A stretch of DNA of 64,000 nucleotides from Lingula anatina (Eukaryota > Animalia > Brachiopoda). The notes beneath the pieces were generated by a model. The model ran no database searches, had not been told where the DNA came from, and saw only the letters and a program-made list of their open reading frames with translations. Positions 26,201-58,349 of the stretch are shown here, in pieces; position 1 is the stretch's first letter; each line of letters starts with the position of its first letter. The stretch covers positions 14,694,001 through 14,758,000 of the forward strand of contig CM120646.1 in NCBI GenBank assembly GCA_051362555.1, in the 5' to 3' direction. The position numbers were made by a program, and so were the translations under genes.

Positions 26201-28813
26201 TATTAACTTATATCATGTAATTAACACGTGTTACTAGTGATGTTAGATTATGCTGTTCTAAAACCCAATTTAATCAGTGTGGGCGATAGGTTTTGCTACA
26301 TAACAACTGATAATATTTAGACATATTTCTATTGTCCACCACAAATAACACGTTCGCAAACTCACGTATTTGCCTAGATTCCCTGTGAGATTCGCAATTC
26401 TCAGCTGCCTTGAGGCCCTCCCCCTGGCTCCCGTGGTCACGTCGTCGTCGATGAGGGCGTTGTCTGCGAGATAACTGACACGTATCTTGACGTCGCCTTC
26501 ATCACGCGTGCCAGCGGGCACGTTGTATGTCACACGGCACGATATGATCACCTGTCGTTCCTCCACGACTGGAGTCTCAATGATGACGTTGGTGATAGAG
26601 ATGACAGGCAACTTAGCTGTGAAAAAAAAACATATGGAAGATTCAAACAGTAGGATTCACGCATTGGCTGTTTAAGTTTGCAGGATCACACACACACGCG
26701 CGCGCTCGAGCACGTAAGAACACAAACACAGGAGAAAAAAGAAAACGGGGGATAAATAGTATTATATATTAACACTTTAAAAGGACCATTGAATTAAGAT
26801 GAACTTACTGACACATCTTCCATTTAACTTAAATTCTCCTGTAGGACATCGTTCCACTTGTTCTCCTAGAAAATTCAAAGTCAATCAAGTTTAAATGAAT
26901 TTAAACCGTTGAGAAGTTGAACAAAACAGTAGCGAAAATATTTAACACATTAAAGGGCATATGGCACATTATGAAGTTAAGAAAAGGAAAATATACAAAT
27001 TTCGCGACTATCCAATTCTATGACATAGTAAATAGTTTCAAAATTTAGCTAATAATAGGACCTAACCAAACTGCATTGAATAACCTTTATAACCGCAGGA
27101 AAGGACAGGTGCTCGAAATGTTCACAATGTCATTTTTCAATGACAAACAGTACAGTCTTAATTGCTTGTTATCACAAAACCCCACACGTAGTATAAAGTG
27201 GATTACTGAAACAGTTTCATTGTTTCTCATTTCAATTAGTACTAACTGTACGAAGTGTAAATTGGTCCTAATGGGAAACGCAATAGCTTCTCGCCTACGT
27301 ATAAAGTAACAGGGCGCAAAAGCTGTTTTTTTGTTCGCTTCCGTGTAGATAGGCTCAAACAGGGCAAACGAGAAAGACGGCGTCGATAGTTTTGGCAATG
27401 ATAATAATGTCCCCAGAAAAGGGTACGTTGCGCAATAACTTCGCAACAGCCGAGGTATTATTGCGCACGTGAAAACGATACTTCAGTGCCCTATACTCAA
27501 AACAAAAACGCTAACCGGTTTTAAACTTCACTTACCTGCGCCGCAGTAGGCCACGTTACAGCCTGGAGTCGGTGGAAGTTGATATACGTAATAATCCTCA
27601 TTGTTCAGGTGACAGCGTTTGACTTTTATGTCCCAGGACTGAAAGCACGGAGCTAAACCGTAGTTAACGCACACCTGAAAGTAAAGAAAATACGCAATTA
27701 TAAACCAAAAAGTGTGTGACTGTTTCCTAAATATCTTTAATAAAAAGGGTAAATCAGCAATCCTGCACTGTAAAATGCAGGATCAACCCATCAAGTCGAA
27801 ATGACATCATGGCGTCCACACGATGGCAAAAATTAATGCATATGGACAGGTGAAATTATGGAGAATATGGCCCGAGATCAATACCTACTTTCTGTGTAGT
27901 CTCCGTATAGTCTTGAGGGTGTTGCCCTTCAAGATACACGGGTACCATAGTACCGCAACTGAAGGGTTTTACCCGATGGTCCGCCAACTTACTGCCAGCT
28001 TTACCAATGAAACGGTACCATAGCCCGTCTATGAACGCATCGTCACATAAGAATGGCTGGTTGGGTGTGGGCTTGTGAGTGTGGTATCGGTCACCGTTGT
28101 ACAGCTCCACGTGACACGTGTTCTCACATGGGTCGCAGTCCAAGGTGACAGCACCGAAAGTGATACCTGCAAGAAGGCGGTAAATATTGCTTCTGTAGTC
28201 GTACACTTGAGTTTCAAATATTTTTAAAACCACGAAAATACAGTTAACGACCTTTCAAACAACAACTACACGCGTCCTCCAACGAAACCCTAAGGCGTAT
28301 CTGAAACTCGTTACACCGGACTTGCAATTGTTTGGATAACAATTTTCGCCCACGCTTAAAAATTTATAACAAAAGTAAAGAACGCTGCGTTTACAATTTA
28401 TTAACACGGATGTAGGAATTTGATATTCACTATCAAATAATTCCATTCTCCAGCCCCCAATCTGAAAGGAGGGGAGAGGGCAAAAATTATCTCTCCAAGC
28501 CGTCGCAAGCCCGGGTGCTTGACATGTGCTTGAAACACGTCAAAACAAACCTGTTGATATAAAACTAAACATGTGGACGAAATCAAGAACTGCGCAAAAG
28601 ATATTTCATCGTTACCTGGAGATTTTAAGCTGTTTGTCTTTTCTTTTTTAATAACACAAATGCCGACAACATGTGTGAGATTTTATCATTTAAAAAAACA
28701 TCTTTCTTTCACAAAACCTTGGAAATCATTTATATTAAATTCATTGTCTAAAATTCGTGGTACTCACCCACTAAAAAAGCACATAGAATCACTAAACCAA
28801 GAGAAGTCCTCAT
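17754..28813 (-). CDS. von Willebrand factor D and EGF domain-containing (VWDE)-like secreted protein with C-terminal C-type lectin domain, 20 exons, ~1249 aa
   Basis: Exons 28813-28768, 28166-27889, 27674-27536, 26865-26809, 26616-26366, 25820-25728, 25393-25181, 24599-24372, 24128-24055, 23722-23659, 23160-22948, 22749-22565, 22186-21706, 21108-20677, 20426-20154, 19709-19592, 19337-19224, 19021-18944, 18437-18249, 17977-17754; phases consistent. Signal peptide MRTSLGLVILCAFLVG; D8C/uromodulin-like domain (CDDAFIDGLWYRF...CGTMVPVYL...CNVAYC); VWD (CRSYNDPRIETFD...GLCGNNNGN); RRKRR; EGF ([28 protein letters not shown]); cbEGF (DINEC); CTLD. Confidence 0.88.
21429..21562. mobile_element. Short TIR element (MITE), copy A
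   Basis: Inverted termini GTGTGACAGGAATGGTA / TACTATTCCTGTCACAC; internal sequence is the reverse complement of the copy at 36600-36769. Confidence 0.7.
23168..23270. repeat. poly(A) plus (AAT)n microsatellite abutting a VWDE splice acceptor
   Basis: Direct reading; source of the spurious poly-Y/I/N ORFs in the ORF track. Confidence 0.95.
23894..24000. mobile_element. CCCAG-terminus MITE (EnSpm/CACTA-like non-autonomous), copy A
   Basis: CCCAGAAAACACAGAACG...AACGTTGTGTGTTTGCTGGG inverted termini with internal AACGTT repeats; second copy at 44495-44595. Confidence 0.7.
24930..25131. mobile_element. MITE with CAGGGGCGGATC / ATCCGCCACTG termini and 5-bp TSD (TATCA)
   Basis: Inverted termini; TATCA lies directly on both flanks. 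Confidence 0.75.
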
Positions 28814-30412
28814 AATTCGAATTTAAGTTTAACTTTCCAGATTGAGAGTAGGCATTACTTGAACTACAACTCCTGGCACCCTTCTGATGGGGTATGGACG
28901 CAGTTACACGTTTAAGTCACCAAATGTTTATTTATCTCTCTGTGTCTATCATCTCTGTCACTGCTGGCGCGTTTTTATCATTGCAGTCGGACAAAGTAAA
29001 CGGTACTTCCTTGTCGTGTAAATATGACTTAGGTCTTATCACGCCGTCCTGGCATAAGGCTCGATATGGTAAGACAGCATATGGGGTGCCTCCCAGAACT
29101 CTCTAGCCTGTCGTCTGCTTTTTTAATATTATTTATTCATACTGTCGTCTGAATGATTCAAAACCGTAACTCAATTTTGAACTTATAAAATAGATGACGA
29201 ATCTGATTTGCTAATTTCTTGCCAAGTTAAATTTGTTCATTTTTTCAATCTATTAGTTATTTTTATTTTTCAAATGTTACCCATTAGTCTATACATGTAG
29301 ACGTGTATCTGACTTCATGACTCGTACTCACGACTGCCTTCATAATAACTGCACGTAGAGAAAGGTTTACGGTAGAAAATATTAGAACACACCACTTTCC
29401 CCTATTTGAAATTGTGCACGTCGTCACAAACGGTAAAAATATAAATGTTGGAGATACATTTCTCCCCCTCCTCCTCCACCCCCACCACACACACACACAC
29501 GCACACACACACACACACACACTGCCTCTTTCTTGGCTACAGAAGCTAGGCTGATTTTGTCCTAAAGACGGGTTAGGAAATTCCATGTCTCACCGGGCAG
29601 CAAGAAGGCACTTCAAACAACCAAATCTCACTGCTATGAACTGTTCTGGAGCCTGGAAACTCGTTGTCCATGCGGCAGTCATGTTGACGCACACTCGCTA
29701 ACATCGTATCTGTTAATTAAATCGGTCTATGTTATAGAAAACACATTTGATAATGAAAAACAATTTTAGCGAGTTGTAATTGAGGAAACGGTTCGGGATT
29801 ATTTCGACCGACAAGGAAACAAGATCAAAGACATACACTGTAGCAGTCATATACCGAGGATTTGGCGGCTTATATCCTTAACCTGACGGTACATTAACGG
29901 GCGAAAACATATGCAATGTCTATTTAAATCCCTTAATGCACACACCGTATATAAAAATTCTCCGTCTCACATTTATTTGATAATTTCTGAGTCTGAATTA
30001 AGGAAGCGGCACGGTAAATAAACGGATCTAGGGGCGTTATAAATTTAGCCATATTAACTATCCTCTAGGGGTCCACTGTCTCAAACGTCTTTAATACGCC
30101 AAGTCATGGTCATTTACTTGCCTCGGAGACAGCGGCGTAGTTTTTATGCCTCCCAAGCCCCCCTGCAAGGATATACAACAGTAACTTGGATATTTTACTA
30201 CGACTTTTAATTCACTTTATTGGCTTTAAAGTTTAAAACGGGACAAGTGAAAATGCATCTCTAAACGATTATTTGAAGAGTAAAATACGGGGAAGTGTTT
30301 CGGGTGGATCGGTCATCCGTGAAGCAGGTAATTATTTAAGTACAGTTGTCGAAAAGGACAGACAGGCATTTCTGCCCCCATTGGTGATTTCAGCTAGAGA
30401 GAGCTCGGCAAA

Positions 30413-30588
30413 ATGAAGGTTGGTGAAAGAACGGATGCACTTCTGAGACAGACAGACAGACAGACAGACAGCCAGACAGCCAGAGAGACTCACATGGACG
30501 CAGATACGCACGCATCTGAATATTTCCTACATTGAAATATTTACTAATTGTTGTGTGATGTGTATAAGGTTCTTCTTACTCTCTCTTA

Positions 30589-30633
<45 letters not shown>

Positions 30634-32295
30634 GTCATTTATGAGATGTCTGTAAATTATTGTTTGACCATAGCAGTTTGAAAACAATGTGCTAAAACCA
30701 ATAACGGTCTTTGCCATTATGATTATTAAACGCTTCTGCTGAACTGAAGTTACATGAACAATATGCATCATACCTGCAGGTCGTCTTGGTTTTCCTCATT
30801 GTATCCTGTGCTGGCGTTGCTGCGCAGTGGGACTGGGGGCACGGCGGCTCGGGCGGAGGGAACAACCCATGGGACTGGTTATTTAAGCCTGTGACGAAAC
30901 AGACCACGACTACTACACAAAGCACCTCCACTACGCCCAGAACGTCCTCCGGACAGAGTCCTACTAAACCTGGTCAGGATGTCCCAAGTCACCCGTGTGA
31001 CGGCAATGTCCCCGATCTGTCCCAGGATTGCTAGTAAGTGCAACATAGATTTGTCATTTGTTACACGAAGAATTAACAGAAACTTCAAACGTTATCGTAG
31101 TTAAACAATACTGTAATGAAGAATTTAAACATAAATTAGTAAGAAACGGCCTATTAAACATGACATACATTTTAGTAAATAAGGATCATACCATATAACT
31201 AGCGTCTGATGGACTTTTTTGCTTAAAATGATAATGCATCTGTTTTAGCGAAGAACTCCGAAGATATGGGATTTTTCCTTTTTCGTAAGTACACGAATTC
31301 CATGGTTAACTTTGTGTTGTTAATTGTCCGAACACAAATTTCAGAATTTCATAGAGACCTATTTAACCCACCTCCTCCCCCGGACCTGCGTTCTATTAAA
31401 TTTAAATAGATTATAAATTAGCTTAGCAAGTAATCCTTTTTAATGTGATTTCTAATAGTTTTTGTCGAAAAATATAATTTACCCAAATACTGCTTGTGAA
31501 TAATTCACACAAGCAATTTTCTTGTATGTGGAGTCTCAGGGGCGACGCACCTAAATCTGTTTAGGGAAAGATTGCCATTGCGAACGGTGCTTTTTCCCTC
31601 TATGTTAAAACATCTTACGTTGTATATTTAAACACGAAGGAAGCATAGAGAGTCGGAAAAAGTCACTGAAACGATAATAAATTGCTCAAATAACGTATCG
31701 TTACTATTTGCCCTCAGTTGCGCTTATATCGCATGTGCTATTTTCGTTCACAGACCTTACTGCCCTAAAGATGAGTGTGAGGAAAAGTATGTACCGGTTA
31801 GGAAAATCAATGTACCGAAAATAGGGTGGTGCGACGTTGTGTGTCCGTCTATGTATCACCTGCCACAAGTGGTTTGTTCCGGGTAAGTTCAATTTTGATT
31901 TCATTTGAATTTTTATGTACAGAATGCAATTGGATTTCAAATTGACGGAAACTTAATAAATCTTTATATCAATATGTGTTTGTTTTCTTATTTTATTCAA
32001 GTGAGAACGACTAATCATTGGCTCAAATGTTCTATACTTGCATGAACGTATATTATAATAAGTTATAATAAAAATGCTTAACATATTCGGTTAAAGACGT
32101 AAATTGGTTCTGAAATCATAAGAAATTTTTTTCAGGGAGATCTGCAAGGCGGAATGCCGATCGCGCTGCCTTCCATCCCAGCATGTTGAATACAGAGTCC
32201 TCGTCCAATGTCCTCGTCACAAACCCTTCGTGTGGCACGTCTTGGCAGAGGTGTGCTGTGAGTGCGAACCCTGCCCTCTAGCGGGCGGCAGATAA
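30413..32295 (+). CDS. Secreted cystine-knot (spaetzle/neurotrophin-like) protein, 5 coding exons, 194 aa
   Basis: Exons 30413-30418, 30780-31033, 31249-31284, 31754-31882, 32136-32295 join in frame: MKVVLVFLIVSCAGVAA QWDWGHGGSGGGNNPWDWLF, Thr/Ser linker, CDGNVPDLSQDCYEELRRYGIFPFSPYCPKDECEEKYVPVRKINVPKIGWCDVVCPSMYHLPQVVCSGEICKAECRSRCLPSQHVEYRVLVQCPRHKPFVWHVLAEVCCECEPCPLAGGR. Family assignment is inferred from Cys spacing only. Confidence 0.8.
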
Positions 32296-33058
32296 TCTCC
32301 GCCAGAGAAAAACATTCGCCGTTTAAAGACAGTCAGATCTGAATACAGACAGACATACGTTTTGTATCCTATTTAGGAAATTTTGAATTTAATCGTAAAA
32401 GCTATTGTATACAATCCTTTATTCATGATGCCAGTGACTAAAAAGTTTTTTTAGATATGCGTACGAAGTACGTAAAGTTTACTTAACGTAATACAGCGTA
32501 AATATATGAAAGCTATTTTCGAATGTAATGCTGTAGGACTACATGTCTGTCAAAATAAAATGACATTTTATGGCTAATTTTTCATAGTTCCTATATCAAA
32601 CACACAATTGCACAATACGGATAATAATTAAGAAAGATGAAGGATATCACAAAAAAATATTAAAGATTATCAGTATTTCATATGAGTTCTTATTTCGACC
32701 TGTAAAACATGTAAGAATCGTCCAAGATTACTCACAGTCTGGCGACATACATGTAGCATAAAATCAAGCGAGAATTTGCGGAATTTAGAGGGAAATTGGT
32801 ATAAAAATAGTGCGGTTCAATCTTATCTTCGAAGCCCCCGCTTTTTCTGACCTTAAACGACATCAATCATGCTTATCACAGGGTAACTCTACGCAACGCA
32901 AACATTGTGCTTCATGTAAAACCTGCACAGCTGATAGCAAAACTGTGTCAACAGTAAACGGACAGATCCGGTATCTCTCCTGAGGGCAAATGTTCAGTAC
33001 ATGTAAATTTTCAGTGTGGATTTTAAGTTTAAAGTCATTCTTACCTTACAAAAGAGAA

Positions 33059-51958
<18,900 letters not shown>

Positions 51959-52895
51959 AATGCATAGTACTTTATATGTAGTTTAATATGTACATATACG
52001 ATCATATGCAAGGAGTGATACGATAGGCCTATCGACATCTGTGCGTGGGGATGGGGGCAGCTACATTCAATGGAAGATCATGTTTTCCATCTTTTGCTCG
52101 GTATAGTCGCACATGTGCGCATGCTCTACTTGATGGCTTGTAAATTGGAACACTTCAAGAAAGGCTAGGAGGACCCAATGACTATTGTAACCGCTTTTGA
52201 TATCTCTGGAAAAAGATGGGAAGTTTAAATATGTAATTACTTTTTATTTTTGTAAATTCATGTAAAGGTGCGGCATTTCCATATTCCAGAGAAGTTCCTT
52301 TGTGTATTTTTTATATTTATAAGCAACAGCAAGATGTGCGCTTGTTTACTTATATCGTGATTGTAAATTGTGTTGAATAGTTGATGTACCTTACAGTCTA
52401 TAAAGCACGCACAATAACAATCGGAACCAGTGTTTCCTCTCAGTTATGTTGATCGTAATTACAGTCATTTGCATTCGACAGTAACTGACCAAAATAGAAA
52501 AGCGCAGATTATTGCTTCAACATCTCGATCGTCTTTGTAAGAATTCAAACGTCATAATTAAAAGAAGGCCTACGTGCAGTCGCAATGTTTTCAATGTTTA
52601 ACATCTGATGATTTACAATTAAAAATACTTTTTAGGTGATTTTAAAATGATTGCGTCAATGGTTTGATACGTATTCAGTAAACTTTAGCTATCGGTCATT
52701 TTGCCAACACGCCATTAACCGCAAACAATTGAAGGCATTTCCCAAAAAGGTCACTTAAATTTAAATACTAAAATATCTTAGTATAAGCGTAGCCCTTATT
52801 TTTATATAAATAAGGGGGACCAAAAAGATAAACCAGGCTATCATGGACGCTAGATTCGTAGCAAAAAGTGGTCCCCTAGATCGACATAAGCTAAA

Positions 52896-55800
52896 CTATG
52901 CTGTACAAACGTCAACTTCGAAAAGAGGATTTTCAATTGTCATAGCTTGGTTATTCCCGCCTGTGTCGCCACCTTCAGTAACGTTTTGACCAATCCCACA
53001 GGTGCCCTCTTCCTTCAAAGAGCTGTATCTTCCGTCGCTGTTTGCTTCCGGTGGGGGCTTTTCGCTGTTACACCTGAAATAATATACACAACACTTTAAT
53101 TTATCAGTGTTTTGTATCATAAGAGCTTAAAGTATCAATATTCGTTTCTTGCACATTTGGTCAAAGTTGCAAAATGACCTATTAAAATAAAGGAACACAC
53201 TCTTAAAGTAGTTTTTCAAACTGTTCAAATTGTAAGCCGCTTAAAAATGTAAAAGACGAAACAGTTGAAAAGACAGCCCAGTCAATAAAAAGCGACCGAT
53301 TAAATATGAGGATTGGTGCACATTGTTGTTATGAAGCTCAGTACAAAAATTATCATATAACTAGTTTAAGGTTATATACCCTGAAGTATATCATAATATA
53401 GCCTTATTTAATCTTCAAATTTTGTCTCAATGTATCATATTTGGCACATGAGGGACTACAGAGCCAACATTTCGATAAAATGTGGGGCTGGTATTGTGCT
53501 AAGGTGCCATTTATAGGGTAAATAGTGTATGCTGATATCAAGCATTACCTTTGCTTGACAAAAAGGACGATAATGACCATCTGTATTAGAATCACCACGC
53601 CCACCGCGATAAATAAAATCAACATCCAGTCTCCGATGTTAATTCCAGTTTTGGCCAAGAGACTCTTCATAAACTGACTCTGCCCGACCACATTTGTTCC
53701 CGCGGCCTTTTTAGTTGGTGGTGGAGAGGAAGATATGGGAGTGGTGGTCCTATGCCATATGGTTCTTGCTATAGTAGTTGTAGAACGTGACAGTGTTGAC
53801 GAAGTTTTTAATCGTGGTGATGTTGAAGATTTGGTACTAGTGGTCGGTTTGATACTAGTGGTCAATTTGGTAATAGTGGTCGGTTTGATACTAGTGGTCA
53901 ATTTGGTACTAGTGGTCAGTTTGATACTAGTGGTCAATTTGGTACTAGTGGTCGGTTTGATACTAGTGGTCAATTTGGTACTAGTGGTCGGTTTGATACT
54001 AGTGGTCAATTTGGTACTAGTGGGGATGGTCGCTGTTGTACTAGTAACTCCCGGGGTTGATTTAACAGATGACAGCACTGATGTAGATGGCGCCCTCATA
54101 CTGGAAAGAAAAGCTGTAGTCATGAAAGATGCTTTACTCGAGATCACGATTGTTGTAAATGGACTAGGTGTTGATGCGACCGGGGATGACACGGCAGTCG
54201 AAATCCTAGGTCCTGTAGAATGGACCACTGTACCCATTGTCGTTGTCAACGTGCTGCGGTTTTTGGTAGACGTGCGATCATTCATGGTGGAAACAGAAGA
54301 AGCATCAAAAGAAGAACCTTTCGTTGTTTCAGGCATGTTGGTAGTTGGCACTAATTTCGTACTGGTGATACTGCTCCGTGTTTCTTCTGGGATTGCGGTC
54401 GTAATGGTAGCGATTTCTGGCGTTGTAACTCTCATGCTATTTGTAGAAGAGGGTGCTGTGCTCGCTAGGTTTTCAGACGTTGTTGGCGTGGTAAAATCAG
54501 TGCCTTGTGGTGTTATCTCATTCAACTTGGTAGAGCCGTTCACCGTATAATCAGTTGTAACTTCAGGCTCATAATCGGTAGAGGCAGCAGAACTTGACTC
54601 CGTCGCTTCTGAAGTTGGTGACGTCATAGGGGACGTCACGTGTTCAGTGCTTGGAACTTGCACACTGTAGTACAGTTTAAATCCGCTTCTGTATGAAGAC
54701 TCATCACTCACGAAGCGAATTACTACAGGGGAGATGAAGAGAACAGATGCGTTGGGTGATTTATTTCCGCAGTATTTCTGTCCCAAGATTTCTAGGTAGT
54801 CGTACTGACAATGCACATCCGGCTCAAGTTCGAAATTAATGAAGCGCAATATGATGCTTGTGGCTGCTAGAAATGAAACAGCATAAAAGTGTGCATAAAA
54901 CCTTTGAAAAACATGGTAAGGCCTATATGCACATTTGACAAAGTGGCATCACTTTAACGACTTGTAAAACACTCAGGTATAAGAGAGAAAGAAGAACAGG
55001 GACACTTATTGATAAGCTCTACTTCACGATTTCCCCAAAACCATCATTTAGTATTGCTCTTTGTACTGCGTTTGTTGTTTATTTTTTATTACTTACTTGT
55101 CACATTGATGGTGTAAGTACAATTTAAATTTGAGGGATACGTCCCGAAATCAAACCACGGAGACTGTATGACCCCCGTTGGCTCTGTAAAACGCGTTTGT
55201 CCACAGAGTTCATGAGACGAAACTGCCGTATATTCCAGCGTGGCTTTTATTGGCAGCTGCAAAGCAGAAACCGTCACCGAATCATTCACCTCCCCAGCAT
55301 GCACTGTTAGACTGACGTTGTTACCGGGTATATTGAGGGAGTCGCCACAGGTGACGTTGACGTAATGATGACGTTCTGCTGTTTGAACAATGAGAGCCAA
55401 GGAACAGTTTTGTGCAGAAGAATTGAGCAGTCGTAGTTGGATTGATGTTGTTCCTAAAACAGACATTGTGGATAAGGTTAGTAGATATTCAGGGTAAAGA
55501 GGCAAACCTGCAATATGATAATTTTGAAAACAATCAAAGAAATAAATGAACAAACATTTACTCAATAATGATAATAAATTGCTTACACTTTTGAAGCTGA
55601 AGAATAGTCTGATGATAAAAAGGCTTTCGTTGGAACAACTTTAAACTTTAAGATGATAAGACGACTTATTCATCATGAAATATATACCTGGTATATGAAC
55701 ATGAAACCGACACTGTGTTGGGACATTTTCTAGGTCAACCACTGTGTACCCGTAGCTCCCAGTAAAATTGCTCTCTGAGCATAAACCAGCAGGGCTGACT

Positions 55801-57892
55801 GAGACTTCAGCTGCTGTGAGGCCACTCCCATTGATGTAGTATTGCGTTGTAGCTTCTATCCCAGACCCCACTGTTGTGAACCCTATTTCAGCATTGTATC
55901 TCAAAGAAAAGCCGGAACGTTGGATATTCCTGTCAGAAACGAATTCCAGCTCAATACTGTCCGTGTCGTAGGTGTACGTTGTGTTGGCTGCTTCAGTGCC
56001 GCAAATACGTCCAAGAGAACGGACACCAGATGTAATTTTGACGTAGTCCCCATTACACTTCCATGCTCTCTCCAGGTTGAATTCACCGAAGTGTAGGTGG
56101 TATCTTATTGCTCCTGAAAAGATATTTTGCCATAAAGCCTAAGCATGATTCCACTCCTCGACTTATGAGAATTTTTGTTATATAGGTCAAGGAAGTTATA
56201 TTTTCACCCTTCTTTCTATCCTTCTGTTTCTAACCAGCCTACATGTAACAAGAATATTTTAGAGGAAATTTTGATTTAGCGGGATATCCCGGATAGGATA
56301 CTTATGAAGAAGAAATTTTCTATTGAGCAGCATTTCTTGCCATGAAGCGGTTAACAAGTAACTCCTGTATTATTCGTAAACATTTAATTAATAATAAAAC
56401 AGTAAATAATCTACTAAACAATATTAGAGCCAGCAATTACTTTTATCAATTTGATAAATCGACGCACTTATATATCTATATTTCAGGAAGCTGAAGAGTC
56501 TCGACACGTTAAAGGTAGCCAGATAATCAAACAAGCAGCAACAATATCCAGGATAATAGCTTGTGAGAGTCATAAAAGTCCCCAGTTTTGTTTATCAAAA
56601 CGTGCCCATTAAAGGTAGTTTGTTAAAGATTTTAATAATAATCTGCCTATATGGCGTGGTGCCCATGCGTATGAATCTAGTTTTTAGTGTTGTTTAACCC
56701 CCCCCTCCCCCATGTCAAAAGGAGGGCGTCACTTCCCGGGAACTAAATGTTCATAAAATGATTTTAGTCATTTATCAGCACATCCTACTTGTACTTCAGA
56801 GATTACCTGGTGTCTGTATACTGTACACGCATCGTATATTCGTAGGGTAGTTGAGCGGGTGTCCTGGGGATCGGATCATCCCTGTGGCATTATTGAATAT
56901 GGTCTGTCCACATATGTCTCTCTCTGGCCTCACGTCTGTTGATAAAGTCGGGATTAACGTTGTCATAAATTCCGTGGAAGACAGTGTGGTTAATACTGGA
57001 AAACTTGCCTTGTATTCTATCTTGAACCCCTTACGTTGTCCACTATAGTCACTTTTAAACGTGAGATTTAACGTATTTCCAGAGAATGACATCGTGGTAT
57101 TAGGCGTGATTTTACAGTGATAGGCTCCACCTATGTTTACAAAGTCAAACCGACAATCGTGAATATATTCCAGGTCAAAATCCAAAACGGTAATTTCTAT
57201 CCCTTTGGCCCCTTGAAAATAAAATGTATTACAGTATATAACATTATATATTACATCGGTGTATATCAATGTTGTTGAAAGGGATTTTGGTTTTAAGGTC
57301 ATCAGATATGATTATTCCACAAGAACCTGAAAACCTGAAATTATACATGTTATGTTTGTACTTTCGTGTTCAGAGCTTTATAAAATCTTTGAAAATGAAA
57401 TGTAAAGACACCAATCAAAGCACCTTATACATGTACTGTACCTGTAACTGATATACTATAATTGCAGTTTTGATTTTTTGGATACCTCCCGTTTTCATAC
57501 CCTGGAGAAGTAATGGTTCCCGTTGGGAGGGTGAAGAGGGTTCTGCCGCACCCATCCCCGCTTACAAGTAAGAAACAGCAGGTAATCCAACAAACTATAA
57601 AAACACACAGAATTCTTTAGATAGAGTGGAATAATTATAACTGATTATTAGACTTCATTACGAATTACGGGGAGCTAATAATAAAATCGAATTTCAACAA
57701 TTTGATATTTGCGTATTAAGGCAACTAGCTGTGTTGAAAAAAAAACATAAAATTAAATTGGAAAGCGTCGACATACATGTATGGTGTAAGTGATAAAGAT
57801 ATCTTACTGATGAAACGGAACTTGATTCGCAGGCGCCTAATTTCACTTGGTGACATCCACTTACCTACGGCGTACAGGTCTTTCAGTGCCAT
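52896..57892 (-). CDS. Multi-CUB (4, third degenerate) mucin-stalk type-I membrane protein, 7 exons, ~972 aa
   Basis: Exons 57892-57865, 57594-57442, 57211-56807, 56113-55688, 55507-55097, 54866-53549, 53073-52896 in frame. Signal MALKDLYAVVCWITCCFLLVSG; CUB motifs (ITSPGY...YPKNQNC, DFDLE...CRFDFV, FKSDYSGQRKGF; FELEPDVHCQYDYL...FVSDESSYRSGF); Thr/Ser stalk; TM WMLILFIAVGVVILIQMVIIVLFV; short tail with YSSL and NPLF. Confidence 0.88.
53830..54022 (-). repeat. Coding 36-bp (2x18-bp) tandem repeat encoding (TTSTKLTTSIKP)n in the mucin stalk
   Basis: About 5 copies of TTTGGTACTAGTGGTCGGTTTGATACTAGTGGTCAA on the + strand. Confidence 0.9.
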
Positions 57893-58306
57893 CTTGTCTT
57901 TTCTTGACTTGTAACTATGAAAGTAATTTTCTTTTGAAGAGAATGCGTAAACCTGGTATTCCTGTACGTGAGAGAATTCTTTCTTCAGAGCAAATTCGTA
58001 GTTTAATTAGTTACTCTAAATATCATAAAAATATGCAGTTCAGGTGTGCATCAGGTCAACTATGGCTTATAAGTGTTTACACTTCTCAGATATCAGGCTT
58101 ATTAATTAACATATTGGCGGATGAAAGTCATTTTCACGCACGCTTATCATGGACAAAATTTGACACGTTTCCAAATGTCATTTTGTTGTTTTTATTTTGT
58201 CCGGCAAGAATAAATGACGTATATTGGAGCCGTTTGTAATTAATTTATTGAGCTCGCCCACTCTTGGTATTGTTCCATGATCCACCAATTAAACTATAGT
58301 CATAAT

Positions 58307-58349
<43 letters not shown>

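Noticed and set aside
30786-31034. 82-aa ORF ending in TAG, read as a complete small peptide gene
   Set aside because: The TAG overlaps a strong TA|gtaagt donor and the frame continues through three more exons.
53735-54550. 271-aa Val/Leu-rich plus-strand ORF
   Set aside because: Antisense shadow of the Thr/Ser mucin stalk and its tandem repeat.
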